From Marsupella aquatica (taxonomy: Eukaryota; Plantae; Marchantiophyta), in assembly GCA_973895155.1 (NCBI GenBank), contig OZ316894.1, forward strand, positions 8,332,234-8,396,233: DNA of 64,000 nucleotides, in the 5' to 3' direction. The notes under the pieces are model-generated. The model worked only from the letters and a program-made list of their open reading frames with translations, was not told the DNA's origin and ran no database searches. How positions within the stretch are numbered: the first letter of the stretch is position 1; each line of letters starts with the position of its first letter. A program made the position numbers and the translations under genes. Shown one piece after another: positions 9,601 to 22,363 of this stretch.

Positions 9601-12600
9601 AACCAACATTAGTACGTCTACGACTCTTGAGAGACCGCCAAAGAAGGTGATGGAGGATGCTTGGATTTACTACCACTCTGATGTTCTCTGGTTCACTCTC
9701 GGAGACCCAACCAGCACCTCTCCGTTTGGTCCCATTGCAGTCTTCAGCTACTTTCAGGAGGTCGACGGAAACGCTTCCGCTTCCAACGTCAGGGGAATGG
9801 AGTACTTCGTCAATAATTACAAAATTGATACTTTCAACTCCTCAGATCAGGGGTACGAGGTCAGAAGTTGCATCGTGGATGTATACGAAACCTTCATCAA
9901 CATCACTGTGAGGAAAGCTCCATGGTCCAATCTGAAACCCATATTAAACGCTTTCGAGATGTACTATGTGTTTAGTTGGGATGGATCATCGACTGCAACC
10001 GAAGAAGGTCAGTCTAAATTGTTTTAACCTTTAAGCACACGTCCTGGATAGAAGCTTAAGTAGTACAACTTAACTAAAAGATGGGATTCTGACTCTAGCC
10101 CGTGTGCTCCTCGATCGATTTGTTTCCAACTTGCCGTACTGCAGGGTAACTTTAAAATAAATAAATCAGTACCATCAAGTTTTCAAGGGTAAGCGCAAAT
10201 TTCAAGAATTTGTCAGTCTTCGGCATTAGATTATTCGATATGCGTAATTTGTGCAAATTCCGGTAAGGACATAGGGGGATTCGTAGTTTTTAGATGGCCT
10301 TGACTTTGGGCGAAGATCTACAAACGCGCCAGAGTCTAGCTACAAGACATCCCTCGTCTGACGGATCACGACCTGACGCTTCATGATTGATGTCAGATTT
10401 ATATAGCAAATTAAAAGCATCTAGGTGGGGCTGAACTGTACATGCTGCTTGAACGTTTGATACCCTGTGTCTCTGCAGTGACGATAATTAGAAGTCTGCA
10501 GAAGCGCCTCGGCCTGACGGACTGGACCGGCGATCCATGCGTCCCAATTCCATATGACTGGTTAAATTGTAGTTCAGATGAAAGTTTAACCGCGGCCGTT
10601 CAGACGAGTCTGGAGTTGTCCAGTGACAGGACTTATCACGTCACAAACATGTGAGTTTTCTAGGTTTGTTTGAATGTTATTCTCGTGGATACCGCATTTT
10701 ACGTCCCTTCAGTTGCACCAGTTGAGTTGTGCATGTGCCTAAGCTTCAGAGCTACTTGTCTGCGCTGCTTTTGCATTGACCTTTAAGGTGGAAATCCCCA
10801 TGACTCAATCAGATCCCTTTCAAATAGAGCAACCGTACGGGCGCTCCCTCAAGAAATTGCAAGCCTTCCGAATCTTACCACTCTGTAAGGACTTAATTTA
10901 TCCTCAGTGTGCACCTTGAATGTTAGAGTTCTGGGGTTTTAATTGATACAGATCAATCGGCCGAAAAGTCTAACGGCATTAAGAATTGTATCCCACGATT
11001 AATGGTTCCTCGCTGAAAATTTTCGTTTGGCAAAGGTTTCGATTTGTCTAGATTTAGTGTAACGTACTATATTCCAAATGATAGAATCCGAATTATGGTT
11101 TAGTTAATTCCGTGTATATATATAGGTCAGACGGTTGAAATCGTTCTATTCAGTTTGAAGTATTTCCTTGCATTCGAATGACTTTGCTTTTGACAGGGAC
11201 TTGAGCAATACTGGCATGGCGAGTATTCCTTACCTTGGCTTGATGAGGTTGGGAAACCTTTCGCTGTTAAATCTATCGCGTAACCGGTTCAGTGGCGGAG
11301 TTCGGGAGTTCCTGCAAAACGTTACGGTTAAAAGTTTGAAACAACTGTGAGTGCAACTGTTAAAGTTTTCATACAATTGTGTCTCCATTTTTGTAAACTC
11401 GCGAGCAATCATCCAAATAATTGGTCGTAATGAAGCATTCACGGATATTGGTTGAAAATTCTATGATCAGTGTTTTGAGTTTAAGCTACTTAGGTTTGGT
11501 TTGATGACTCTCGTTCAATGATATGATCCACCCTTGGAAAGATAAACTCTGTCAATTGGGGCCGCATGGATGATTAGCTTATATTAGGTGGACATGTGAA
11601 TTCATATGGATAATCTGTAATTGTTTCAGGCGATACGTGTACTCATCTCTCTCTGGATCTAGACAAGGAAATTCCTCAGCTTACTGCTCTGTAGCTACAA
11701 ACAAAGTAACACTGAAAAGCTGATTAGGCCTGATGAACCGTAATTTAGTACTAAGACTATATCTGTATGTGAGGCCATGTCCTGATATGATTAGATTTTG
11801 TATAATCACATTGTAAATTAAAGCTCAGCGACATGGATCTTGTGCACTGGACGTAGTCATCATTGCAATTCCTCTGAGAGGCTCCAAAGCTTCGTCCAGC
11901 TCACTTTTCTCCATGAGATTCTAAATGCAAGTTAGTGGGATAAATGAACTCCAACACTCGATCGTGAATCCTCTGCTAATCGGATATTGCTCAACTGCAG
12001 AAGTTACTCAGGAAGTTACTCGGGAAGTTACTAGCTTCTACCATACATTAATTGTCAAGTTATTGCACCTGATGGTCCCATGCAGACTCGCAGCGAATAA
12101 CTCACTGGAAGGAGAATTTCCACTTGACCAGTTATATTCTGAGTTCCCACATCTGGAAGAAGCGTGAGTACATATATATCCTCCAACCTTGAGATTTGGG
12201 GTTTGTGTAGGCTGAGTGAAAGACGTAACTGGATACAAGTTTATAAACCGTTGGTGTATGGTATAGGAACTTTGACGGAAATCCGCGTATCGGAGGAATT
12301 TTGAACTTGACCATTTGGCACACGGCTTTGGTGCGATCTATGGACCCTGCGAGTAGTAGTGTGAAAGCCGCTGGGACTCCTAGTCCCGCTCCACCGCCTC
12401 CTAGTTTTTCTATCTTTCCACTTGTTTCTTTGAAGAACAACAATATCACTGGCATCACTCCCAGTTTGGACTCTCTTCAGTCAGATATTAATACATATTT
12501 GCGAGATTTTAACACAACGCCTGGCTTCACCAACTTCGGCATCCTGTAAGTTTCTGTTCTATGCATACCTGCACGCAAGTACACCAAGAAGAAATTAGAA

Positions 12601-15600
12601 CCTATACAGGCTTTATAATCAGTAAGTTACAAATTAACTAGCAAATGTGCTGGTTCGTCGTTGTCAAGCAGGAGAGGCAGTCTGATATTGGTCAGCCATC
12701 GTAGGTGCTATGGACTGCCGGCCTGCCCCCAATTCAAATCTCGATTCAAATACTGGATATGATCATGACTATTGGCACTCATGTACGAAGGGCGTAATTA
12801 CATTTATGCACGTAGCTAGCGCACACTTATATATTGGTCGTCGGGAATGTTACTTAACTCTCGTGTAATTACGTTTTAATCGTTAGTCTTTGGATTAGGC
12901 AGCAGCTGATCCCATCAAACATGGCAGGCTTAGTGGCAACCCTTGGTGCAAGCAACAGACGTTCAGTGCTCAATCTTTGTCTCAACAATATCTCTGCCGT
13001 TCCGTCCCCAACCAAGTTCTTCCTGGTAACGTTGCTGATTCAATGAGCTTTCTTCCGGCGCTGACCATAATAATGTTCACCATGCATAAGAATGTAGCAT
13101 TGCTGGCCGTGTTTACTTCAGACCAGTTTTATTTAACGATACCATGATCTAAGCATTTTTTTGCCAAGTAATCTCGTCTGCTGAACGGTTCATCCGACTT
13201 AGTGATAGCCCTGTAAGCACGAAAGCACAAATTAAGCACACTTCAAAATTTAGTATCTTTCTTGTGCTTAACTCCTTGTTATGAATAGATTGAACGTTTC
13301 CAAGGCCGGACACTGTGAAGTTATGAGCAAGGAGGTGAGGTCCATGAAGGGTGATAGGTTGCTAGAGCTTACAGTCATAGATTGTGTACTGTTATACTTT
13401 CAGGCCTAGCGAGCCTTTATGTCTCGAAGAAATCAGATCCTTGGGCTATCATTGGTGGTGTCATTGGAGGCTTCGCAGCTTTGGCTTCTTTCGGTTGCTT
13501 GGCAGCCGTATGGAGATTAAGAAAACAGACTTCTTCTCTTAAGGAGATCCAAGAAGGTGAGGGGATCCAACTTTTCGTCGCTTTGGCCCCAATGTTATGT
13601 TTGATTGTACTGGTATTCATGGTGGGTGTTGAATTGGCGAGAGATCTCTTTACTCTTACAATTACTGACAAATTTGAGAACCTGTGCGCACATGATGGTC
13701 AAGTTGTAAGCAAAGTTGAACAAACGCAGACTGTTTTTAAAAGGCACGTCAAGTAGGTATGCTCATCAAATAACGAGCTGTAATACGATGACGATGACCT
13801 TCGTGATTAGAATTTTAACTTACAGAAATTTTATTCTTTCGTTCGTTGCCTGCGCTTTCCAGCTTTGGCGAGACAGAAAGTACAGCCACCGTTCTATTCG
13901 TATACCGACCTGCGAGCAGCTACAAATGATTTCTCCTCCGCAAATAAATTGGGACAAGGAACTTTTGGTGCTGTTTACAAGGTAAGTATTGGATCTCGCT
14001 GCTGTCTGAATGATCGAACATATTCCTGAACTCTTTTCTGTGCTCATTCGCTGAAGACTCGGAAAATTCATCGCAAATCTACGAGTTTCTGTTGCCGTAT
14101 TTTATCGGGATGGGTAGCTGTTTTATCGAGATGGGTTCCTCAATTGACTGAAGAGATAAAAGTGCATATATCAACTAAAACAATCAATGATTGAAATGTA
14201 CCTTTATTCTATGAATTCACGAATTACTATTAATTAAGAACACGATTTATTTTGAGCACCCTGTTGCTGGAACTGTGGCGAGTGCATTTATTTAAGGGAG
14301 ATTACTGACGTTTATTTATTTTCTTTGAACATTGATCATGCGACCCCAGAGGTGTATTAATCCGTCTGTCTTGATTAAAAACTCCACTAGCTCCCCAATA
14401 CAGTTCTATTAATTTTCTAGAGCGGTATCCAGCAGAAAACTAGACGTCGTAGAAGGATGAAAGCAGATGACGCGCTGATAATGAGTTCCGGAAGTTAATT
14501 AATTATATACTCGCCGGGCACTAAGCCAAAGCTTAACTTCTCAAGATTAATCCAAATTGTGCAGCTGTCTCACTAATAGGTGGACACTTGAAGAGTGATC
14601 TTTTATCAGTTCTCAAAAATCAAGTGAGAATGGTTCTCTTCTGAACAAGAGCTCACATAAACTGCCAAGTATTTGATCGATGGATAGGAGAGCTACTCTA
14701 GTCCACATGCACGACTATCTGCTCTGATGATTATGACATATTACTAATATGCATAGATCTGTGAATGATCAACGCAGGGAACATTATTAGATAATGGAGA
14801 TGGAAGGCAAGAGCTTGTGGCTGTCAAGACGCTGTACCCGTCGAAGCAAGCACTGACAGAATTTCTGAATGAAGCAGTCCTGATCACCGGGATAAAGCAC
14901 CGAAACCTGGTCCAGCTGAAAGGCTGCTGCATTCACAGAGAGGACCAACGAATGCTGGTGTACGAGTACGCTGAGAATGGCAACCTAGCGGAAGCACTAT
15001 GGGGTACGGGACCTACACCTCACTCGATCTCCTTCTCATGCATTCTGTCATTCAAGTTCATAGTTTCTGAGGACCATTATGAATATGGTTGACAGATCGT
15101 AGAGATATTAATGATCTACAGGAACACGATCGGTACATTAATTGCTTTAAAAGTATTGCAGACTGTTAATTTAATCAACTGACCCAGTAACTGATCCATC
15201 TGACGGATACAGTTCCCAACGACGCAAATTTGTCGGTTTTCTAGGCTAGAAGTCTGCGTACATGTGTATTGACATGACTCACATTTACTTTTGTCAAGGG
15301 AACATAGATAAACCGAGCTGTAAGAATCGTACGGAACCAGTGCGACCCACACTAGACTGGCAGCAGCGGTTGAACATCTGTGTGGGAATTGCACGAGGTC
15401 TCTCGTATCTCCACGAAGAGCTGCAACCTCGGATCATTCACAGAGACATAAAACCTTACAATATTCTCATGGGCAACAATTTCAATCCCAAGATTGCGGA
15501 CTTCGGACTGGCCCGCTCTATGTTAGAGGGACAAGCTCAAGCCGACTTCACGTCCGTCGCTGGAACTAAGTATTTTGCTTCCTCCCCGTCATGCATGGCA

Positions 15601-16790
15601 ACTTCTATCATCATTACCTTAGACTGCATACCTTACCTGGCCTGTTTGGACATCAAGTCAGCCAATTAAACGCTGCTGAAGCTTGTGCAATGTTTCAATG
15701 CTCGAGCTAGAGCTAGAGTTGTGCAAGTCTGTGACACTTACATATAGAATATCTTACTGACAGGGGTTACTTTTCTCCCGAGTATGCAACTCAAGGCCAG
15801 CTCACTGAAAAGGCTGATGTTTTCAGTTTTGGAGTTGTCTTATTGGAAATCGTGAGTGCTAGGAAATGCATCGACCCTAGCTTACCGAGTGAAAAACAGT
15901 TCCTTCAAGCTTGGGTAAGTTCATTGTCTACCTTGAATTGACTCCTGCATCAAAAGATTCATTCTGACCCACCCGCTCTTCTGTGTTAAGTACGTTTCGT
16001 CTGAATAAGTGACATGAGAAACCAGCTCAGTCGGAGAACTTCGGTATGATATATGGGTCCAAGATTGTTCACGATATATACCGTCATGTGGAGATGTTTG
16101 TGGTTGGGAATTAAGCTGGTTTAAATTCAGAGGGACGATTGCGTTTGGGACCTTCCATGCGATCTGTTCTAGATCCTAAATTAAGTGCCACAGTTCTGAC
16201 ATTTTGAGAGTTCCTTTTGATGACTCTTAAATGCATCGCTCATTTATATTGGTGGTCTTATTCACTAATTCACGCAACCCTCTGCACATGTAAGCGAGGT
16301 CATCATTGAGCTCAAATACAATTTGTATGATCCCATTAGAAAGACTGATCGACCGGAAGCTGAAGAGTTGGAATTCTGGTAATTGACGGTTGTCATGGCA
16401 CACGTGCTGCAGGCTAGATACTTGAAGGAAAACGGGAAACTCATTGATCTGCTTGATCCTTCCGTGCGAGACAGCGCTAATCATGAAGAAGTCATTCGAG
16501 TGATCAATCTGGCGTTTTTGTGTCTCGACTTCTACCCAGAAAAGCGGCCAACTATGTCTGAGGCAGTGACCATGCTTCAAGGAATAGTGGACGTTCCGCT
16601 CTGCAAACCAGAATCTGCAGCGTCTATCGAGGAGGAGGCAACTTTCCGACGAAGTAATAAGAGTTACAACTACATGAAATTGCCGCATTTTTCGGATCTA
16701 AGTGAAGAGAATGTCTCGGACAGCTTCGTGATGAGTGCTACCTCAAGCAACGATAATAATGTAGAGTTGAGCAAGCTCTCTGCCAGATAG
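6675..16790 (+). CDS. Malectin-like domain/LRR receptor-like Ser/Thr kinase, paralog 1 (16 exons)
   Basis: Exons: 6675-6756 (signal peptide), 7629-7973 ([23 protein letters not shown]), 8902-9148 (PFISSLELR), 9526-10007 ([20 protein letters not shown]), 10479-10650 ([12 protein letters not shown]), 10813-10884, 11197-11346, 12086-12163, 12267-12545 (LRRs), 12928-13025 (LSGNPWC), 13404-13556 (TM), 13863-13981 (GQGTFG), 14778-15003 (VAVK, HRNLV), 15299-15569 (HRDIK, DFGLAR), 15764-15914 ([12 protein letters not shown]), 16413-16790. All introns are GT-AG with consistent phase. Confidence 0.93.
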
Positions 16791-19700
16791 CTACTTCAAG
16801 CTATAATTCTACACACAAACCCGGAGTAATGTCTATCTGGTAGTGATTTGATAGCTGGGCATACATTGCACACAGAACTCCAGCAAGAAATCAACTTTTT
16901 ATGGAGGCTGGTACAATTAAGCTTAGCCCGGTTTCCCAATTAATGGGCACATTATAGCGAGTCCCTGTACAATGCACGGTACGTTCTGAGTAACTTCTGA
17001 GGAAAGTAAAGTTCAAATGACTATTTTCCCAAGAACCTGTATAATACTATTAGTTTAAAATTTAGGGTCCTCTATTGTCTATAGTAGCATGAGGGAATAG
17101 TCATAGATGAGTTAGATCTTGGGCAAGCTAGAGCTAGTCCAAGCTCCAAATCACGTTGGAAAATAATCTTGTCTACACAACGGGTGCTTTCTTTGTCGCA
17201 TATCCTTGTGCATTGTACATTTTTTGCCTATTGAACGAAGAAGATGTGGCCAGTTTGGGTTTTGCCTTTCAGATCAGAGTAATTTAAGGGTACTAACCCA
17301 AAATAAAAGATTTGGTGCGATTCAGGTTTGGGGTTAGTAGCCCAAAATGTGGTTTTGAATGAGTAATTTTTACTCCTCCCTCTCACAAGAGTCATCATTC
17401 TTTGATGGGACTCATCCTTATGAGAGTCCATTTTTTGCCGCGGACCACACACTCTTCACAGTGCTCATGAAATCAAAGTCCTCTCTCTTGAATGACAGAA
17501 TCCTTATTTTGACAGTCACATGCAGGGAAGGTCACATCATGGAACCTAACCCTCGGAGAGTCCCTTGTGCCCGTGCCCTCTCAGCCTAACTTGCCCCTCA
17601 CGAAATTCTCAGTAGAGCTACGAGCAGAGCTACGAGCAGAGCTACGGAAGTTCACAGGCATGCACTCAGTGAAAGTTGGCTACATGCATGTTTAAATGTT
17701 AGACAGGGGGGGTTAAACAAGGAGAGCCATGGAGGCCCCATTGATAGAAAGAGCCACCCAGAGACAAACAGTCTGTGCAATAACCCACCAAAACAAGAGC
17801 ACCATAATTAAAGACTGAGGAGAATATATAAGTGAGTTTGATCTTAGAATTGTTGCACTGTGTCTCAGTTTGCCTTCTTTTGGATGGTAAACTCCTAACC
17901 GGCAGATTGGGCCCCAGATGTACCCTAATTGAGAGACTGCCCGCACTAATGAAAGCTTAAAGCATTTCTTAAATTTTTGCTTTGTGTTTTTGCTGCAGGT
18001 TATACTTGTTACGGTTTTGCTATTTCACCAGGATGGCCACTGTTATCCTGGTGCTAAGAATATTCCTTATAAATTTTTCTTAGATTTATTTAATATGAAC
18101 TTTAGAGGTCTCCCTGTACGTCAGATTCTACAGTAGCTAATGAGGTTTGTGGGTAGGTGGGAAACTGGCTAATGGAACACCAAACACCTCACTGGCTAAA
18201 TTTTGTCAAAAGTGACCAAGACTTTTTACTGAGATGGATCTCCCAAGTTTTCGCCACAAATAAAGACTGCTCATGAACATTGTAGGGAGTGGAGTCAAAG
18301 GGCAGGGCAGTGGGTTATGGATTTTTTCTGTAAGAAAACCCACTGCCTGGTCAGCCTGTACAGGGGTTATGAAGTTGTCTTTTCTAAAAATCTAGACTTA
18401 CACATGTTTCAAGCTGATTGAAGCACTCTCCAATTAAAGTTTCTAATATACACAATTAATGAATGAGGACTAGAGGACCCGGGTAGAGGGCTGGTACTCA
18501 ACACTCAAAGTCACACTTGGGCTGGTCATTCAACATAAACATCAGTCAAATATATTGCCCCAATGACCTCATACTAAGGTGTAGTTTGTTAAGCATTTAC
18601 ATTTAGGTCTATAGTTACTTTGTAACCATAGTTAGTTTAAACATAGGCCAGTGCTTGGTTAAAGTTAGATGTGCTACTACTATAATATTCACTAGTAGGA
18701 CTTAGTTAGCAATCAAGCTAGTGTAACTTAGGTCCAAACTTAGGCTCGTTGTTAGGGAGACATCTAGGAAATATATAGGGAGAGCTTAGTCAGTGGACAC
18801 TTGGTACATGGCTGACAAGCCTAGAGTTCGCTAAAGCTACCTTTTGTGTTCCCGTGTACATAAAGTCTGGTGAGGTGAGCAGTGTTTCTCCTATGTTGAT
18901 AATTTTGTGCTTGTTGAATGTTAACATGTGCATGCAGTCATTTAATTTACTCAAGAATATCTTGAACAATTGATACGTAGATGTAACAACTTAGCTCCCT
19001 CTTCTTGTTGAGTGTCTTGTAGGGTTTGCAACATATAGCATCTCCAAACAAGTGTTAAAAAAGTCAAAGTTTACTATATAATGTAATTCATTAAATGCTT
19101 CTCAATCTTCCAATATTTTGTGTGAATCTTTTCTACTCATTGTATCAGTATTAGTAATTTGTTACAGACTTAGTTGTGACTGACTAGACTAGCCAGGTAA
19201 AATCATGTCAAGATGTCTGATTGCCCACTTAGTCTCGCCAAGAATGTACGTGGGTGCCCACAACAATATCTACGAGGATCCTAAAAAATTGACACTCTGG
19301 ACCAGATTAGAAACTTGCATGGATTCTTACCAACCTTACTTTAATTTCATAAACTAAGTAGTACAGTCATGTTATACAAATGCTCACATGGATTCTCACC
19401 TAACTTACTGTCCATAAAGTAGTACATCTCTGTTATATAAATGCTCACCCTTTTTCATGTTTAAGAGCCAACTCGCATGTAGCAGCCTACTGGCCCTCGG
19501 CAATCACAATATAATTGGCAAAAATTAGGTTGTGTTTGACAGGAGTATTTGCTGTCTTGCATGCACCCGGCCCTGCAATGACATGTGACCGTGTAATTTG
19601 CTTTAATTTGTGTTACTGAGTAATCAAAGGTTGGGATCTTGTAGAGCCCTTGGAAGTCCACATCCTAGCCCTTGGAAGTCCACATCCTCTGCCGTCAGGA

Positions 19701-20596
19701 TTGACTCGGGAGGAGGTTCTGGAGTCCATTTCTTGCTCTCTCACACGGAAGGTGGCCGCGTCCATCTCGTGTTCACTTACATGCTACCGCGCATCAGGTT
19801 GAGGGTGGGCAGCTCACATGCAGGTTGGCTCTAACGGTGTTTGCTCCATAGGAACCAGACTTTATAAGCTGGCTTCCCTGAAAGTTAAGTTTCGATCAAG
19901 ATCTCAGAGAAAAACTTATGCACAAATGCTGACCCAAAAATATGAGGGAAGAGGAGGTTTGTGTCGCCCTACTGTACTAGTCCAAAGGTTTTTGCGGGGT
20001 AATGTCCTTGGTTAACGTGTCTTCGTGATGAAGCTCAACCCTGCCGCCTTCCCTCACACGTCTCCTCTGGTCTCAACTACTCTATGAGAAATGGCCTACA
20101 AGTCCGAAAATTCGCTGATTTCATATTCGCGACACGAGCGAGCACAGACGTACATTCTGCATTGGCTGTGCACATGGCTCAAGGCCGCGAGGACCCACAA
20201 AGGGACGCAACGAAGCCTTCATCCTCGTCAACGTAGAGATTTCATTCCAGATTTGGTAACGTCGGGTGAGCTCAGCATGTAATGACTGTAATAATTGCGG
20301 GAAGGGACCTCTCCCAGTCTCCCACCTACCATGCTTCAAAACCCTCTCGTTCGCTGGATCACAAAGGTGGCCAGGTCGATGAAATCACAGTCCTGCCCGG
20401 AAATCGCCTGAATGACCTTCATCTCTCTTCTAGAAATCCAGCCAAAGGTCATAATATCAAACTCTCCTAAGGACTTGCAACCAATGAATGACGTGCATGT
20501 CGCATATCATAATATCAAACTCTCCTAGCTAGGGACTTGCAACCCGTGAATGACGTGTCGCTTGCTGGGACCGAGTATTCCTGGGGCCTTGCCGGG

Positions 20597-20930
20597 TAAT
20601 CACACATTTTAATATATGTTGCACTCATAGATTTAACGAGAATAACAACGTTATCAAGGTATGGAGGGATATATGGTGACCATATGTGTCATAGGCTTTC
20701 ACTTTTATTCTAATCACACATTTTCAATATATTGTGTCACTCATTGATATTTCAGTATATGGTGTACACTCATTGATTGTGATTTAAATAAAAATAACAA
20801 GAGGACTTCACTTTTATTCTACTCACACATTTCAATATATGGTTTGCACTCATTGAGTGTGATTTAAATAAAATAACAAAGTTGATATGGTGTACATAGT
20901 ACACCATATGTGTCATAGGCCTTCACTTTT
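20597..20930. repeat. AT-rich degenerate tandem repeat block specific to unit 2
   Basis: Recurrent (t)cacacatttcaatatatggt..cactcattga, ttcacttttattcta and ccatatgtgtcataggc. Confidence 0.75.
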
Positions 20931-22363
20931 CGAGTTGGAGAGAACATTCCTAGCCTGGGGAAATCAACCCTTAATGGTAGCTGACTAGATCTGAAGCTTG
21001 TGCTTGAATTGTTAATTGAGGTCGGTGGTACGCTCCTTTTTACTTGGAAGGCAAGCATTGCCCTCGATCGCCGTGGCCGGAGCAAGTCAAGCGAGGTCTT
21101 TGCTGCTCAGAAGTCTTTTGACTACGTACTCGATATCTACATATTTTTGTGAGGTACGTACTAGCTACAGGTACTTTCCTGAAGCCATCAGCACTGGACT
21201 TAGGCAAAGGTCGATGGGGAAATAGAGGTTCGCTCCGAGCTGATTCGCGCTGAAATTGAAGTTACAGACATCAAGAAACAAATTAAGTCTGCTGCATACA
21301 TCCTATTATTCAATTGCATCACTGGAATCGTTCCGGAGCAGGTTACGTCAGGGACTAGCTAGCACGATGACTCCTGTAGAACCGTGCACTGGGGAATCGA
21401 TCCTTAAAACGGATCGATGTTAAATTGATGATTATGCGCTGGCGAGCTCTACAATGGTGTAGGGCTTCTATGGACATTTAGCACTGTTCAGGTGGTAATT
21501 TAACTAGACTATTGTTGGAGGGGGTTGGGACGAGGGACAGCAACCAAGTGCGCGCTGCGCTGCTCTGGAACCTGTTCCAAGAGGCCAGGAAAGGTTCTAT
21601 ACAGCACGTCCAGTTAGAAGTATTACACAATCTGGGATTCTGCCAAATTTCCCGTCACTCTGGATCAATATTGATAGAGCTGCTGCGGCAGGCACCATTT
21701 GATGAACGCGTGAGGACTTTGTAGGTTATCTCTGGGAGGGATCTATCGAGGAAACAGGTGCGGGAACAGGTGATGTCGGAGATTTTGTAGACGAAGTTAC
21801 TCGGAATCATGGATGTTGATTTATTTGAGCAAGTGGGCTCCATAGACCTTCATCAGTACTCACAAGGGTATATAGATATCTGTACTGTGCATACTTTTGA
21901 GGAATTTGGAGACCGCTCAGCGACTGTAGCAGATGGGAGAGGAGATAATCAAATAGGTTCGATCGGGAGGCCATTTGTTTTGCGCCTCGATATCGGTCCG
22001 TTTGGGTTCGCAACATTGAATTTAATTTGTTTTGTGGTCGATCAGAGGACGCGAAATCTCGATCAGTAGCCGAAGTTGACGGTCTTACCGCTGATGCTCC
22101 AGACAAATTTATAGATTTCTATTCAGATTTAGATATATATGATCAGATCTCATCGGCACAGAAACAACTTTTGGAGACATAAACAATGTCTTGTTCGATC
22201 CGTTTTCTTCTTTAATTGTTTGCAGGAGTGACCATGATTGAACGTCGGCGGTCAGAGTCAATGCTTAGACTGAGCTTCTTCGTTAATTGTTTGCGGGAGT
22301 GATCATGATGAACGTCTGCGGTCGGAGTCAGGGCTTAGACTGAGGTTGAGAGGAGCTACTCCG

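Larger units (their letters stand above)
4110..17380 (+). repeat. Segmental tandem duplication, unit 1 (RLK gene plus ~2.5 kb upstream and ~0.6 kb downstream)
   Basis: Colinear similarity to ~19880-32680, including non-coding blocks: ttccctcacacgtctcctctgg at ~4386/~20050, tcaaactctcctaaggacttgcaacc at ~5387/~20457, and the 3' flank to aatgagtaat at ~17358/~32657. Confidence 0.9.

Noticed and set aside
16227-16688. Antisense ORFs over kinase, malectin and VPS54 exons (also 24183-24806, 31571-31939, 41888-42442)
   Set aside because: Shadow ORFs opposite real coding exons; no independent evidence.
6675-16790. Calling the receptors SYMRK orthologs
   Set aside because: The GDPC ectodomain fits, but kinase motifs and intron pattern are DLSV/LRR-VIII-2-like, so no gene symbol was assigned.
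17690-19450. Spacer between duplication units, possibly TE debris
   Set aside because: No termini, TSD or protein motif that I could identify.
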